From an uncultured Methanomassiliicoccales archaeon (GTDB taxonomy: Archaea; Thermoplasmatota; Thermoplasmata; RBG-16-68-12; EA-27), in contig CAYNEM010000006.1 in NCBI GenBank assembly GCA_964396265.1, forward strand, positions 60,789 through 124,788: a stretch of DNA of 64,000 bases, written 5' to 3'. The notes under the pieces are model-generated. The model saw only the letters and a program-made list of their open reading frames with translations. It searched no databases and had not been told where the DNA came from. The translations under genes and the position numbers were made by a program. Of the stretch, positions 1 through 9,593 are shown piece after piece. Each line of letters begins with the position of its first letter. The first letter of the stretch is position 1.

Positions 1-290
1 CGATGGCGAAGACGATCGACATCGAGGCGTGGTACCCCCGCCAGGACGCATACCGGGAGGTCGCGTCGTGCTCGAACGCGGAGGACTACCAGGCGCGCCG
101 CCTGAACATCCGTGTCGGGAAAGCGGGAGGCGACAAGCGCCTCGTGCACACGGTGAACAGCACCGCGGTGGCGACATCGCGCACGCTCGTCGCGATCCTC
201 GAGAACTTCCAGAATGCGGACGGCACCGTCACGGTCCCGACGGCCCTCCGCGAGTTCGTCGGAGTGGATGTGATCGATCGAGCCGCGTAG
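1..290 (+). CDS. serS: seryl-tRNA synthetase, C-terminal fragment (5' end lies outside the window)
   Basis: Frame 3..290 translates to a typical SerRS C-terminus (..[25 protein letters not shown]..). There is no start codon in the window and the ORF runs off the 5' edge. Confidence 0.8.
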   Translation, partial: MAKTIDIEAWYPRQDAYREVASCSNAEDYQARRLNIRVGKAGGDKRLVHTVNSTAVATSRTLVAILENFQNADGTVTVPTALREFVGVDVIDRAA

Positions 291-337
291 GGATCGGCGA
301 CATCCGGAGCCTCGCAGCCCGAATCGACGCGCGTTGC

Positions 338-772
338 TCAGTAGTCCCATGTCATGCTGACACGGAACTCGTGCTCGCGGCTACAGACGTTCAATCCCCA
401 TTGGACCCAAACGGAATCGAGCTCCACCCATCCGGCCGTGTGGGCCGGGATGTCCCCTAAGGACAGATTCATATAAAGCGTGAAATCCGGAGGTACCGCC
501 GCCACGTAAGTGAGGTTCGCGACCGTGTTGCGAGCCGTCCGGTTCCCGGTGTTCTCGTACCAGAAGTGGGGATAGAACACGGATGCGGTGCCGTTCCAGC
601 TGCACAGATCGTGAGGATCGATCGCCACGACGTCAGCGCCCTCGGCTGGACCCGGGCCTTCCGGCGCGTTGACGACCACCGGCGGTCTCAAGGCCGCAAC
701 GAGCAAGGCTGTGACGCTCACTGCAAGGGCCACCAGAACAATCACTGTATTACCCTCCTTCATGTCTGCCAT
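338..772 (-). CDS. hypothetical small membrane/secreted protein
   Basis: 144-aa ORF with an N-terminal hydrophobic segment (VIVLVALAVSVTALLVAAL). Aromatic-rich, protein-like composition, unlike the R/A/G-rich antisense ORFs. No recognisable family. Confidence 0.45.
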   Translation of the reverse strand: MADMKEGNTVIVLVALAVSVTALLVAALRPPVVVNAPEGPGPAEGADVVAIDPHDLCSWNGTASVFYPHFWYENTGNRTARNTVANLTYVAAVPPDFTLYMNLSLGDIPAHTAGWVELDSVWVQWGLNVCSREHEFRVSMTWDY

Positions 773-846
773 CGCAACTCCCCGTTGGGGAATGAGTCCA
801 TCGGATAAAGACCCGCTCCGTAAAGCCGCGACTCGAAACCTTCATA

Positions 847-2679
847 TTGGAATCAGTTCTCCGGGCGCTCGTGGCCGCCGCCAAGGTCCCGATTTCCCTC
901 CTTGCCGGCCTGACTTTGGTGGTCCTGCTCCTCGTTCCCGCTCCAATCCGCGCCGGGGACGTCACCCCCCAGCCACTTCAGGGCCCGGACGATTGGGCGA
1001 TGTATGGCGCCTCCTCGGACCATGCGTTCTCGAACACGGCAACGCCGCCGGACGCGCTGGGCCTCGTGTGGAGCCTCCCCGCGAACCGTGCCCTCGGCGG
1101 CGCCTCGGCAGTTGAGGCGGACGGCTTCGTGTACTTCGCGGACTTCGACACGACGGCTTCCCCGCAGCTCCGGGTATACAAGGTCGTCGAAGAGAACGGG
1201 AGTTTCTTCTCGGGATGGTCGACGCTCATCAACGTCGCGCTGGAATCCGGAATCCCGCAGAGCAATGCGAGCAGCGGGGTACCGCGCAGTCTGGCCGTCT
1301 CCGGGAGCCTGTTGTACGCCCTCTTCACCGCCGGGAACGCGACCGCGAACCGCGAAGTCCTCGTCGCCTTGGACGTCTCCACCGGGGTTCGCCAGTGGAC
1401 GTTCGCGGGGTCGCCGCTGTGGACGGCCGCGACGCCGGAAGGCACGCGCTCTGCGCCCGTGGTCGGGAGCGGCATCCTCGCTTTCGGTTCCCAAGACCCC
1501 AACGGCACCGTATACGCGCTGAACCCGACGACCGGCGCGGTCTCCTGGTGGTCGCCCACCGGCGAACCCGTGCGGACCGTTCCCGCCATCGTCGGGGACA
1601 TCGTCTATGTCACCGCGGGAAGCATCCTCTGGTACTACGACGTCCAGGGCCAATCGGACGGGGACCAGGGGATCCTCGACGCGAACGGCACCGGCGACCT
1701 CCTGTTCACGGTCGACCTCGGAGCGCCCGTCGCCTCGTCCCCTATCGTCTCCGGATCGTACGTGTACCTGGATGTCGCGGGCGACTTGTGGAAGGTCGAT
1801 CGCCTCCTCGCAGGTGCCCCGACCTGGGTTCAGGACACGCCGCACGAGACGGACGCGACGCCTGCGGTCGCGGGCAACCTGATCGTGACGCGACGTTCCG
1901 ATGGCCGGCTCTATGCGTACGACGCGACGACGGGACAGGTGCAATGGGTGCGTTCCGCGATGCCGAGCCCAACGAACGGCGGCGACCTGGCGGTGGCCGG
2001 CGGCCGCGTGTTCCTGAGCGCTCGGAGCGGGACGACGTACGACCTCGTCGCCCTCGACGCCACGGACGGCACGGTCGTCTTCCGGAACACGACCGCAGGA
2101 CGTGCGTCGATGGGCGCGCCTGTCGTGGCGGGCAGCAAGGTGCTCGTGACGGAGGGGGCCGCCCTTCGCGCATTCCGCGGCCAGCCGGACCTCGCGCCGG
2201 ACAAGGTCGTCCTTAGCCCCGGGAGCATCACGGAGAACTTTGCGCGCGCGAACGTCACCATCACCGTCCGGAACCTCGGCGGCGAGCCCGTGTACGGCGT
2301 CCGCATACAGGTGTACGACGGAGACAAAGTCCTCGCGAACCGCATCGGTGACTTCACGATCGGCACCGCAGGGAATCCCGTCGAGCCGAACGCGATCGCG
2401 ACGTTCTACACGGCAGACCGCGATTGGACCGTGGGGGATCACGAGGTGTGGGTCGTGATCGACCGCGCGCTCACGGAGACGAACGACGCGAACAACGAGA
2501 AGGCGTTCCCGATCTACGTGCAGCCCGGGCCGTCCCCGGACCCCGTCGTGCTTGGCGCGGGGCCGTACGCGCTCGCGCTCCTCGGCGGCTTCGGGGTCGG
2601 CATCCTTGTGCTCTGGTTCCCCATCCGACGTCTCCGCGAGTCGAAGCGCAAGGAGCCGGAGAAGGGGACGGAGAAGTAA
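847..2679 (+). CDS. secreted PQQ-like beta-propeller repeat protein with CARDB-like domain and C-terminal TM anchor
   Basis: N-terminal signal/TM segment. Repeated G..VY..xxDG.v.A.DatTG...W motifs typical of PQQ/BamB-like propellers. CARDB-like segment (VTITVRNLGGEPVYGVRIQVYDGD). C-terminal hydrophobic stretch plus basic tail (LLGGFGVGILVLWFPIRRLRESKRK). Confidence 0.7.
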   Translation: MESVLRALVAAAKVPISLLAGLTLVVLLLVPAPIRAGDVTPQPLQGPDDWAMYGASSDHAFSNTATPPDALGLVWSLPANRALGGASAVEADGFVYFADFDTTASPQLRVYKVVEENGSFFSGWSTLINVALESGIPQSNASSGVPRSLAVSGSLLYALFTAGNATANREVLVALDVSTGVRQWTFAGSPLWTAATPEGTRSAPVVGSGILAFGSQDPNGTVYALNPTTGAVSWWSPTGEPVRTVPAIVGDIVYVTAGSILWYYDVQGQSDGDQGILDANGTGDLLFTVDLGAPVASSPIVSGSYVYLDVAGDLWKVDRLLAGAPTWVQDTPHETDATPAVAGNLIVTRRSDGRLYAYDATTGQVQWVRSAMPSPTNGGDLAVAGGRVFLSARSGTTYDLVALDATDGTVVFRNTTAGRASMGAPVVAGSKVLVTEGAALRAFRGQPDLAPDKVVLSPGSITENFARANVTITVRNLGGEPVYGVRIQVYDGDKVLANRIGDFTIGTAGNPVEPNAIATFYTADRDWTVGDHEVWVVIDRALTETNDANNEKAFPIYVQPGPSPDPVVLGAGPYALALLGGFGVGILVLWFPIRRLRESKRKEPEKGTEK

Positions 2680-2725
2680 CGGCTGCGAGGCGAGAATTTA
2701 AGGGAGGCGCGGCCTTCCGTCGCCC

Positions 2726-4060
2726 GTGGTCGTCTGCCCGCTCGACTTCCGGTACGGCCGGCCCTCGATGAAGAGCCTGTTCTCCGAGGAGACGAAGCTC
2801 CAGCGGCTCCTTGACGTCGAGGCCGCCCTGGCGCGCGCGCACGCGCAGGTCGGGAACATCCCGCGGGATTCCGCGGAGGCGATCCGCAAGGCGGCGACGA
2901 CGAAGGGCGTCTCCCCGGACCGCGTCGCGCAGATCGAGAAGGAGATCGGTCACGACGTCATGGCGGTCGTGCTCGCGCTGTCCGAGAAGGCCGGGGACGC
3001 GGGGAAGTACGTGCACGTGGGGGCGACGAGCAACGACATCACGGACACGGCGACCGCGCTCCAGCTGCGGGACGCGCTCGACCTCATCGAGAAGGACCTC
3101 GTCCAGCTGAAGGGGGCTCTCCTGGGCCTCGCGCGGAAGCACAAGAAGACGATCATGCTCGGGCGCACGCACGGGCAGGCCGCTGTGCCGATTACGTTCG
3201 GCCTCAAGATGGCGGTGTTCGCGCTCGAGGTCGCGCGGCACGCGGACCGGCTTCGGGAGGCCCGGCCGCGGATCTGCGTGGGCAAGATGAGCGGCGCCGT
3301 CGGGACGGGCGCCGGGTATGGCCCGAAGGCCCTGGAGATCCAGGACCTCGTGATGAAGGACCTCGGCATCGGCTACGAGGAGGCGTCCGGGCAGATCGTC
3401 GGTCGGGACCGCCACGCCGAGCTGATGTCCGTGCTTGCGAACATCGCCGCGAGCGCCGAGAAATTCGCGACGGAGGTCCGGAACCTCCAGCGTACGGAGA
3501 TCGGGGAGGCGGCGGAAGCCTTCGGGGAGCGCCAGGTCGGCTCGTCCACGATGGCGAACAAGGAGAACCCCGTGACGAGCGAGAACGTGTGCGGCCTCGC
3601 GCGGATCGTGCGCGCCTTCGTCATCCCCGCGTACGAGAACGTCCCTCTGTGGCACGAACGCGACCTCACGAACAGCGCGGCAGAGAGGATCATGATCCCT
3701 CACGCCCTCATCCTGACGGACGACGTGCTCGCGAAGCTCTCGGACGTGTTCCGGAACCTCCGCGTATATCCCGAGCGCATGCGGGAGAACCTCGATCGCA
3801 CGAAGGGTCAGGCGATGGCGGAGTCCGTCATGCTGACGCTCGTGGGCAAGGGGATCGGCAGGCAGGAGGCGCACAAGCTCGTGCAGGACGCCGCCAAGAA
3901 GGCGAGGGAGAAGGACGCCGATCTCCGGGACGCGTTGGCGTCGGATCCGAGGATTGCCAAGGCGCTCTCGAAGAAGGAGATCGACGCGGCGCTCGACCCG
4001 AACGGATACCTCGGCTCCTCCGTGGAAATCGTGGACCGCATCGCGAAGAAGTACGGGTGA
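2726..4060 (+). CDS. purB: adenylosuccinate lyase
   Basis: N-terminus MVVCPLDFRYGRP.. and the fumarate-lyase signature (GSSTMANKENP), 444 aa. Classic PurB. Confidence 0.93.
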   Translation: MVVCPLDFRYGRPSMKSLFSEETKLQRLLDVEAALARAHAQVGNIPRDSAEAIRKAATTKGVSPDRVAQIEKEIGHDVMAVVLALSEKAGDAGKYVHVGATSNDITDTATALQLRDALDLIEKDLVQLKGALLGLARKHKKTIMLGRTHGQAAVPITFGLKMAVFALEVARHADRLREARPRICVGKMSGAVGTGAGYGPKALEIQDLVMKDLGIGYEEASGQIVGRDRHAELMSVLANIAASAEKFATEVRNLQRTEIGEAAEAFGERQVGSSTMANKENPVTSENVCGLARIVRAFVIPAYENVPLWHERDLTNSAAERIMIPHALILTDDVLAKLSDVFRNLRVYPERMRENLDRTKGQAMAESVMLTLVGKGIGRQEAHKLVQDAAKKAREKDADLRDALASDPRIAKALSKKEIDAALDPNGYLGSSVEIVDRIAKKYG

Positions 4061-4113
4061 TTCGCGCTCCTCCGGCGCATCCTTATATCGACCGCATACG
4101 GTTCCGAGCCGTC

Positions 4114-5868
4114 ATGGAGTATGCGAGCCTCGTCGGCTTCTACGAGAGACTCGACGCCACGACGAAGCGCCTCGAGATGACGGCCATCCTGGTCGAACTG
4201 TTCCGTCAGACGCTGCCCGAGGAAATCAAGGAGGTCGTCTACCTCACGGAGGGCCGCATCGCTCCCGACTACGCGGGCATCGAGCTCGGGCTCGCCGACA
4301 AGCTTGCCGTCCGCGTCCTCGCCCAGGTCACGGGACTCGACGACCAGATGGTCACGGCGATGATGAAGGAGAAGGGCGACCTGGGCATCGTCGCGGAGAC
4401 GGCGATTTCCGAAAGAAGACAGGCCGCGCTCTCCGGACGGGAACCGCTGACTGTGCGCAAGGTCTTCGAGAATCTGGCGGCAATCGCGAAAGCCGCGGGC
4501 GAGGGATCGCAACAGGCAAAGATCGACCGGCTCGCGGAACTCCTACGAGATGCCACAGCGACGGAGGCGAAGTACATCGTCCGCACGGTCATCGGGAAGA
4601 TGCGACTCGGGGTCGCGGACATGACGATCGTCGACGCGTTGGCGGCGGCGTTCGCGACGAAGGACCAGAAGGCGGCGGTCGAGCGCGCGTACAACGTGTC
4701 CTCGGACCTCGGCGACGTGGCGGCGGTCCTGGCGGCGAAGGGGATCGACGGCCTCGCGGAGGTCCATCTCAAGGTGGGCCGCCCGATCCTCTCCATGCTC
4801 TGCGAGCGCGTCCCCACGCTGAAGGAGGCGTTCGAGCGGCTCGGGCGGTGTGCATTCGAGTACAAGTACGACGGCCTCCGGATGCAGGTGCACGTGGCGC
4901 GGGAGGGCGTCCAGATCTTCTCCCGCCGCCTCGAGAACATCACGTCCCAGTTCCCCGAGATCGTGGCGGCCGTGCGCGGCGCGTTCACCGCCAACGACGG
5001 CATCATCGAGGGCGAGGGCGTCCCCGTCGACCCGAACACGGGCGACATCCTCCCGTTCCAGATCGTGAGCCACCGCCGCGGTAGGAAGTTCGACGTCGAC
5101 GCCGTGGCGGCGGAGTTCCCGGTGACGCTGTTCCTGTTCGACTGCCTCCTCAAGGACGGAGAGGACCTCACGACGCAGACGTACGAGCAACGCCGCCAAA
5201 CGCTGAAGGATGTCGTCCGCCAGGGCGACCGAGTGAAGTTCGCGCACGCGATCGATACGCACGATGAAGCCGAGGCAGAGAGGTTCTTCGAGGAGGCGAT
5301 CCAGCTCGGCTGCGAAGGGCTCGTCGCGAAGGCGCTCGACTCCGTGTACGAGGCAGGCGCCCGCGGGTACAAGTGGGTCAAGCTGAAGCGGGACTACCAG
5401 GCGGAGATGACGGACACGGTCGACCTCGTCGTCGTCGGCGGCCTCGCGGGGCGCGGAAAGCGCGCGGGCACGTGGGGCGCGCTCCTCATGGCCGCGTACG
5501 ACAAGCCCACGGACACGTTCAAGACCGTGTGCAAGCTCGGCACGGGGTTCACGGACGAGTTGCTCGCCTCGTTCCCGGGCAAGTTCGGGCCCCATCTCCT
5601 CGAGCACCGCCATGCGCGCGTGGACAGCACGATGAAGGCGGACGCGTGGTTCGAACCCACGTACGTGATGGAGGTGCTCGGCCCGGAAATCACGCTGAGC
5701 CCCGTGCACACCGCCGCCAAAGGAGCCGTTCGCGAGGGATCAGGCCTTGCGATCCGTTTCCCACGGTTCACGGGGAAGTGGCGCGAGGACAAGAGGCCCG
5801 AGGACGCGACGACGGTGCAGGAAGTGCTCGACGTGTACCGCCGCCAGCTCAAGACGGTGAAGGGATGA
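4114..5868 (+). CDS. lig: ATP-dependent DNA ligase
   Basis: KYDGLRMQVH (KxDG adenylation motif). Conserved ligase and OB domains through ..FPRFTGKWREDK. The ORF track extends 5' into purB, but the sensible start is ATG 4114 (MEYASLVGFYERLD..). Confidence 0.9.
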   Translation: MEYASLVGFYERLDATTKRLEMTAILVELFRQTLPEEIKEVVYLTEGRIAPDYAGIELGLADKLAVRVLAQVTGLDDQMVTAMMKEKGDLGIVAETAISERRQAALSGREPLTVRKVFENLAAIAKAAGEGSQQAKIDRLAELLRDATATEAKYIVRTVIGKMRLGVADMTIVDALAAAFATKDQKAAVERAYNVSSDLGDVAAVLAAKGIDGLAEVHLKVGRPILSMLCERVPTLKEAFERLGRCAFEYKYDGLRMQVHVAREGVQIFSRRLENITSQFPEIVAAVRGAFTANDGIIEGEGVPVDPNTGDILPFQIVSHRRGRKFDVDAVAAEFPVTLFLFDCLLKDGEDLTTQTYEQRRQTLKDVVRQGDRVKFAHAIDTHDEAEAERFFEEAIQLGCEGLVAKALDSVYEAGARGYKWVKLKRDYQAEMTDTVDLVVVGGLAGRGKRAGTWGALLMAAYDKPTDTFKTVCKLGTGFTDELLASFPGKFGPHLLEHRHARVDSTMKADAWFEPTYVMEVLGPEITLSPVHTAAKGAVREGSGLAIRFPRFTGKWREDKRPEDATTVQEVLDVYRRQLKTVKG

Positions 5869-6608
5869 ACGTCGCCGCGGAGCGGCGCAAGATTCTCGCG
5901 CAGATTCGAAAGCACGGCAAGAAAGGCGGCGACGCGTGGTTGCAGAAGTACGTCGGCTCACCCCATCCTGTGCTCGGGGTCTCCGTCCCGCAGATGCGCG
6001 CGATCTTGGCGGCGTTTCGAAAGGAGCATCGGGACGTGACCGCCAAGGAATCGAATACATTGGCGGTGGCGGTCTGGCGAGGAAAGACCTTCGAGGAGAA
6101 GGCGTTCGCCATCATGATGATGGACGGTTACGCAACGGTTCTCGACGAGCCTTCCTGGCGTCTTCTGGACTCGTGGGTCGACGCGTGCGTCGGCTGGGGG
6201 ATGTGCGACAGCATCGGCGCGGGACCGATCGCGAAAATGGTCTACGCGAAGCCCGCGCGTTTCCGCGACCTCCAGCGATGGGCGAAGTCGAGGAACCTTT
6301 GGCGGCGCCGCATTGCCCTGTACGCGCTCCACGACTTCGTGCTCGCGAAGGAACTGGACAAGCCTCTCCAGTTGATCGGGAGACTGCTGTACGACGAGGA
6401 GTTCTGGGTCCGGCGCGCCGTGGGCACCTGGCTGCGTGAGTGCTGGAAGCGGGACCGGGCGCGGACCGAAGCCTTCCTCGTGTCCCATGCTGGTGGCCTG
6501 CCCGCGATCGTGGTGACCGTCGCGACCGAGCGAGCGCCAGTCTACTTCCGGCGGAAACTGCGGACGCTCTCCAAGAATCCAGCGACGAGAGTCCGTGCGC
6601 GACGCTGA
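5865..6608 (+). CDS. DNA alkylation repair protein (AlkD/AlkC-like HEAT-repeat glycosylase family)
   Basis: 247-aa ORF starting at ATG 5865, which overlaps the ligase stop as ATGA. Sequence resembles AlkD-family proteins (..GKTFEEKAFAIMMMD..WDSWVDACVGWGMCDS..FWVRRAVGTWLRE..). Confidence 0.7.
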   Translation: MNVAAERRKILAQIRKHGKKGGDAWLQKYVGSPHPVLGVSVPQMRAILAAFRKEHRDVTAKESNTLAVAVWRGKTFEEKAFAIMMMDGYATVLDEPSWRLLDSWVDACVGWGMCDSIGAGPIAKMVYAKPARFRDLQRWAKSRNLWRRRIALYALHDFVLAKELDKPLQLIGRLLYDEEFWVRRAVGTWLRECWKRDRARTEAFLVSHAGGLPAIVVTVATERAPVYFRRKLRTLSKNPATRVRARR

Positions 6609-6687
6609 TTGCGACGGTCGCGGGACCCTCTTGGTTTGGGGGACGCAAACGAACCGCGAACGACGGTAGGATTACCGCGTCTCTGCC

Positions 6688-7959
6688 CTAGCCGCCCCCC
6701 GCCGAACCCAGACCGAACACATGAGGGGAGCCGGAGGATTGGGACGACGGACCTCCCGTGAGGTGCGCGACCTTGAGAGTATTGTTTGTTTCGTCGACGT
6801 AGGCGATCAGGCCAAACCCGTCCGAACCGATTGTGATCGAGGGGTACGTCCCGACGTTGGCCGCATCGTCGACGGTCACGATGACCGCCTCGGCACAGGC
6901 GGGGTTCGAGCAGTACGCGACCTTGAGGGCCGTGATTGCGCTGTCGCGGAGCGCGATCAGGCCGAGACCGTCAGGACCCACCGTCATGGAGGAATACTCC
7001 CCGAGGCTTCCGTCGAGGGTCGTCAGCTCTGCCTCGGTACAAGCGACATCCAAGCAATGGGCGACCCTGATGCCGGCGTCCGGCATGTCCATGTAGCTAA
7101 TCAGGCCGAACCCGTCCTTGCCAACCGCGATCGAGGTCCAGTGTCCCGTGTAACCCCCGCCATCGACGATGGTCACAGTAGCTCCGGAGCAAGCGGTATC
7201 CCGACAATGAGCCACCTTGAGATGACCGTCGGAGTCACCGAAGTAGCTGATGAGGCCGAGCCCGTCCGAACCGATAGCGATCGAAATGTATCCGCCAACG
7301 TAGCCCGCATTCTCAATCGTCGTCACGCTCGCTCGAGCGCAGGCGACGTCCAGGCAGTGGGCGACCAAGAGTTTCATGTTGTTGGCGTCCATGTAGCTGA
7401 TCAAGCCGAGGCCATCCGAGCCGATCGCGATGGAGCTGTAGGACCCGCCCATGACGTCGATCCTCGCGATGGTGGCCCGGCTGCACCGCGCATCCAGACA
7501 GTGGGCGACCTTGAGGGCGTCGTTCGTCGCGTCCAGATAGCTGATCAATCCTAGGCCGTCCGTCCCGATCGCGAGGGACGTATACCACCCTACAGCGTCA
7601 TCGCCATCGAGCGTCGCCAGCTCGGCCTCAGTGCACGCAATGTCCAGACAATGCGCAACCTTCAGGTCCGCGTTCGTTTCGTCGAAGTAGCTGATGAGGC
7701 CAAGCCCGTCCGACCCGATCTCAATTGAGGGAAATCGCCCGAGAGCGCCCTCGATGTGAACCGCGGTGATCCCGGAATTCGGGATGGCGATTCCGCCCTG
7801 CGAATCGTGCGAATCTTCCCTCGGAGCTGGCGCTGCGAGCACCGCGAGAGAAGCGAGGAGCACACCCAGCGCGAAAAAGCTGGCTCCCATGGTCATCGCT
7901 CGGCCAACCGAGGTCCGGAAGAGCGAGGCGGGAAGCACCGCCTTCCCGTGAGAGGCCAT
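6688..7959 (-). CDS. secreted repeat protein with seven tandem ~49-aa beta-propeller-like repeats (conserved IAIGSDGLGLISY..LKVAHCLDxAC)
   Basis: Signal-peptide-like N-terminus (MASHGKAVLPASLFRTSVGRAMTMGASFFALGVLLASLAVLAAPA; alternative starts at 7896/7890). Then 6.5 to 7 highly similar repeats, each with His-Cys-x-Asp-x-x-Cys. No named family recognised. Confidence 0.75.
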   Translation of the reverse strand: MASHGKAVLPASLFRTSVGRAMTMGASFFALGVLLASLAVLAAPAPREDSHDSQGGIAIPNSGITAVHIEGALGRFPSIEIGSDGLGLISYFDETNADLKVAHCLDIACTEAELATLDGDDAVGWYTSLAIGTDGLGLISYLDATNDALKVAHCLDARCSRATIARIDVMGGSYSSIAIGSDGLGLISYMDANNMKLLVAHCLDVACARASVTTIENAGYVGGYISIAIGSDGLGLISYFGDSDGHLKVAHCRDTACSGATVTIVDGGGYTGHWTSIAVGKDGFGLISYMDMPDAGIRVAHCLDVACTEAELTTLDGSLGEYSSMTVGPDGLGLIALRDSAITALKVAYCSNPACAEAVIVTVDDAANVGTYPSITIGSDGFGLIAYVDETNNTLKVAHLTGGPSSQSSGSPHVFGLGSAGGG

Positions 7960-8165
7960 GACGCGCGCAGGGGATTGTCTCCATAAAAGGGTTCCTGGCC
8001 CTCTCCGAATCTCCCGGGTTGTCTGTAGGACCTCCTCTCGTCGAGCCCCACCATCCCTGCCGTCGGTGAGTGAGAACTGGAACTGAGGAAAGCGCATTCC
8101 TCCCACAACGCACGCGGCGCGCGGCGCCGAAGGTTTAAGGCCCATTTCCCTCTCCCATTGACGAG

Positions 8166-9542
8166 ATGCCCGGAACCGCGGTCGTCGGCCTCCAATTCGG
8201 CGACGAGGGCAAGGGGAAGATCGTCGACGTCCTCGCTGGGGAGTCCGACCTCGTGGTGCGCTTCAACGGAGGAGCGAACGCCGGGCACACGGTCCAGGTC
8301 GGGAACGAGCAGTTCGCGTTCCGTCTCCTCCCGAGCGGCATCATCCGGCCGAAGGTCCTGAACGTGATCGGCAACGGCGTCGCCGTGGATCCCGGCCAGC
8401 TCCTCGAGGAGATCGACGGCCTGCGCAAGCGCGGGTACGCCGTCGACAACCTCCGGGTGAGCGACCGAGCGCACCTCGTGCTGCCGTGGCACAAGACGCT
8501 CGACGAGCTCGAGGAGAAGGCGAAGGGCAGCATGGCGGCGGGCACGACACGACGTGGCATCGGCCCCGTGTTCGAGGACAAGGTCGGGCGGTGGGGCATC
8601 CGCGTCACGGACGCGCTCGACGAGATCGTCCTCCGGAAGAAGCTCGACTCTATCTATCCCGTGAAACTCAAGATGTCCAACGCGCTCGGCGGCACGGACA
8701 CGTTCTCCCTCGACGCCGTGTTCAGCCGGTACCGCGGGTACGGGGCAAGGCTGCGCGAGTTCGTCACCGACACGAGCGTCGTTGTCCACGAGGCGATCCG
8801 GAGCGGCAAGTCCGTCCTGTTCGAGGGCGCGCAGGGCACGCTCCTCTGCGTTGATCACGGGATCTATCCCTACGGGACCGCGAGCGCCTGCGTCGCAGGC
8901 GCGGCGACGGTCGGCGCGGGTGTGGGGCCGACGGCGATCTCCGCCGTGCTCGGGGTCGTGAAAGCGTTCACGAGCCGCGTCGGAGAGGGCCCGTTCCCCA
9001 CAGAGGTCCAGGACCCCGTCGCGTCACACCTCCGGGAGCGCGGCGGCGGGGAATACGGGACGGTCACGCGGCGACCACGCCGGGTCGGGTGGATCGACCT
9101 CGTCATGCTTCGGATGAGCGCGCGGGTGAACGGGCTCACGGGCTTCGCGGTGACGAAGATGGATGTCCTGGCGGGGCTGGACGCCGTGCGGGCGGCGATC
9201 GCCTATGGCCACGACGACAAGGAGCTGCGGGACTTCCCCGCCAACCTGCGCATCCTCGGAGAGTGCAAACCGGTGTACAAGGACCTCGAGGGTTGGGGGG
9301 ACCTTCCTCCGGAGGAGTGGCGACGGATCGCTGCCAAGGGATTCGACGCGCTCCCGAAGGCCGCACGGGCGTATCTCCGATGGCTCGAGACGGAGCTGGG
9401 CGCCCCTCTCGCGTTCGTGTCCGTCGGCCGGGGACGGGAGGACACGATCGACTTGCGGAAGGCCGCCAAACCAACCGCCCCCCAGCGACCGAGGACGACG
9501 ACGCTCCCTCGGAAGACGAAACGTCGGAAGCCACGCCGCTAG
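8166..9542 (+). CDS. purA: adenylosuccinate synthetase
   Basis: MPGTAVVGLQFGDEGKGKIVD..NAGHTV.. P-loop and overall AdSS layout. Has a basic K/R/P-rich C-terminal tail. Confidence 0.92.
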   Translation: MPGTAVVGLQFGDEGKGKIVDVLAGESDLVVRFNGGANAGHTVQVGNEQFAFRLLPSGIIRPKVLNVIGNGVAVDPGQLLEEIDGLRKRGYAVDNLRVSDRAHLVLPWHKTLDELEEKAKGSMAAGTTRRGIGPVFEDKVGRWGIRVTDALDEIVLRKKLDSIYPVKLKMSNALGGTDTFSLDAVFSRYRGYGARLREFVTDTSVVVHEAIRSGKSVLFEGAQGTLLCVDHGIYPYGTASACVAGAATVGAGVGPTAISAVLGVVKAFTSRVGEGPFPTEVQDPVASHLRERGGGEYGTVTRRPRRVGWIDLVMLRMSARVNGLTGFAVTKMDVLAGLDAVRAAIAYGHDDKELRDFPANLRILGECKPVYKDLEGWGDLPPEEWRRIAAKGFDALPKAARAYLRWLETELGAPLAFVSVGRGREDTIDLRKAAKPTAPQRPRTTTLPRKTKRRKPRR

Positions 9543-9593
9543 CGGTGGAGAAGACGAGGGAAGCCTCAGACGTTCGAGTTTTCGGGTACATCC

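Noticed and set aside
853-2442. 529-aa minus-strand ORF antisense to the PQQ-propeller gene
   Set aside because: Low-complexity R/D/G-rich product with no motifs. The sense-strand gene has a signal peptide, repeats and a TM anchor.
3589-4113. 5' extension of the ligase ORF overlapping purB
   Set aside because: The extension is R/G/E-rich and overlaps the conserved PurB C-terminus. ATG 4114 gives a canonical ligase N-terminus.
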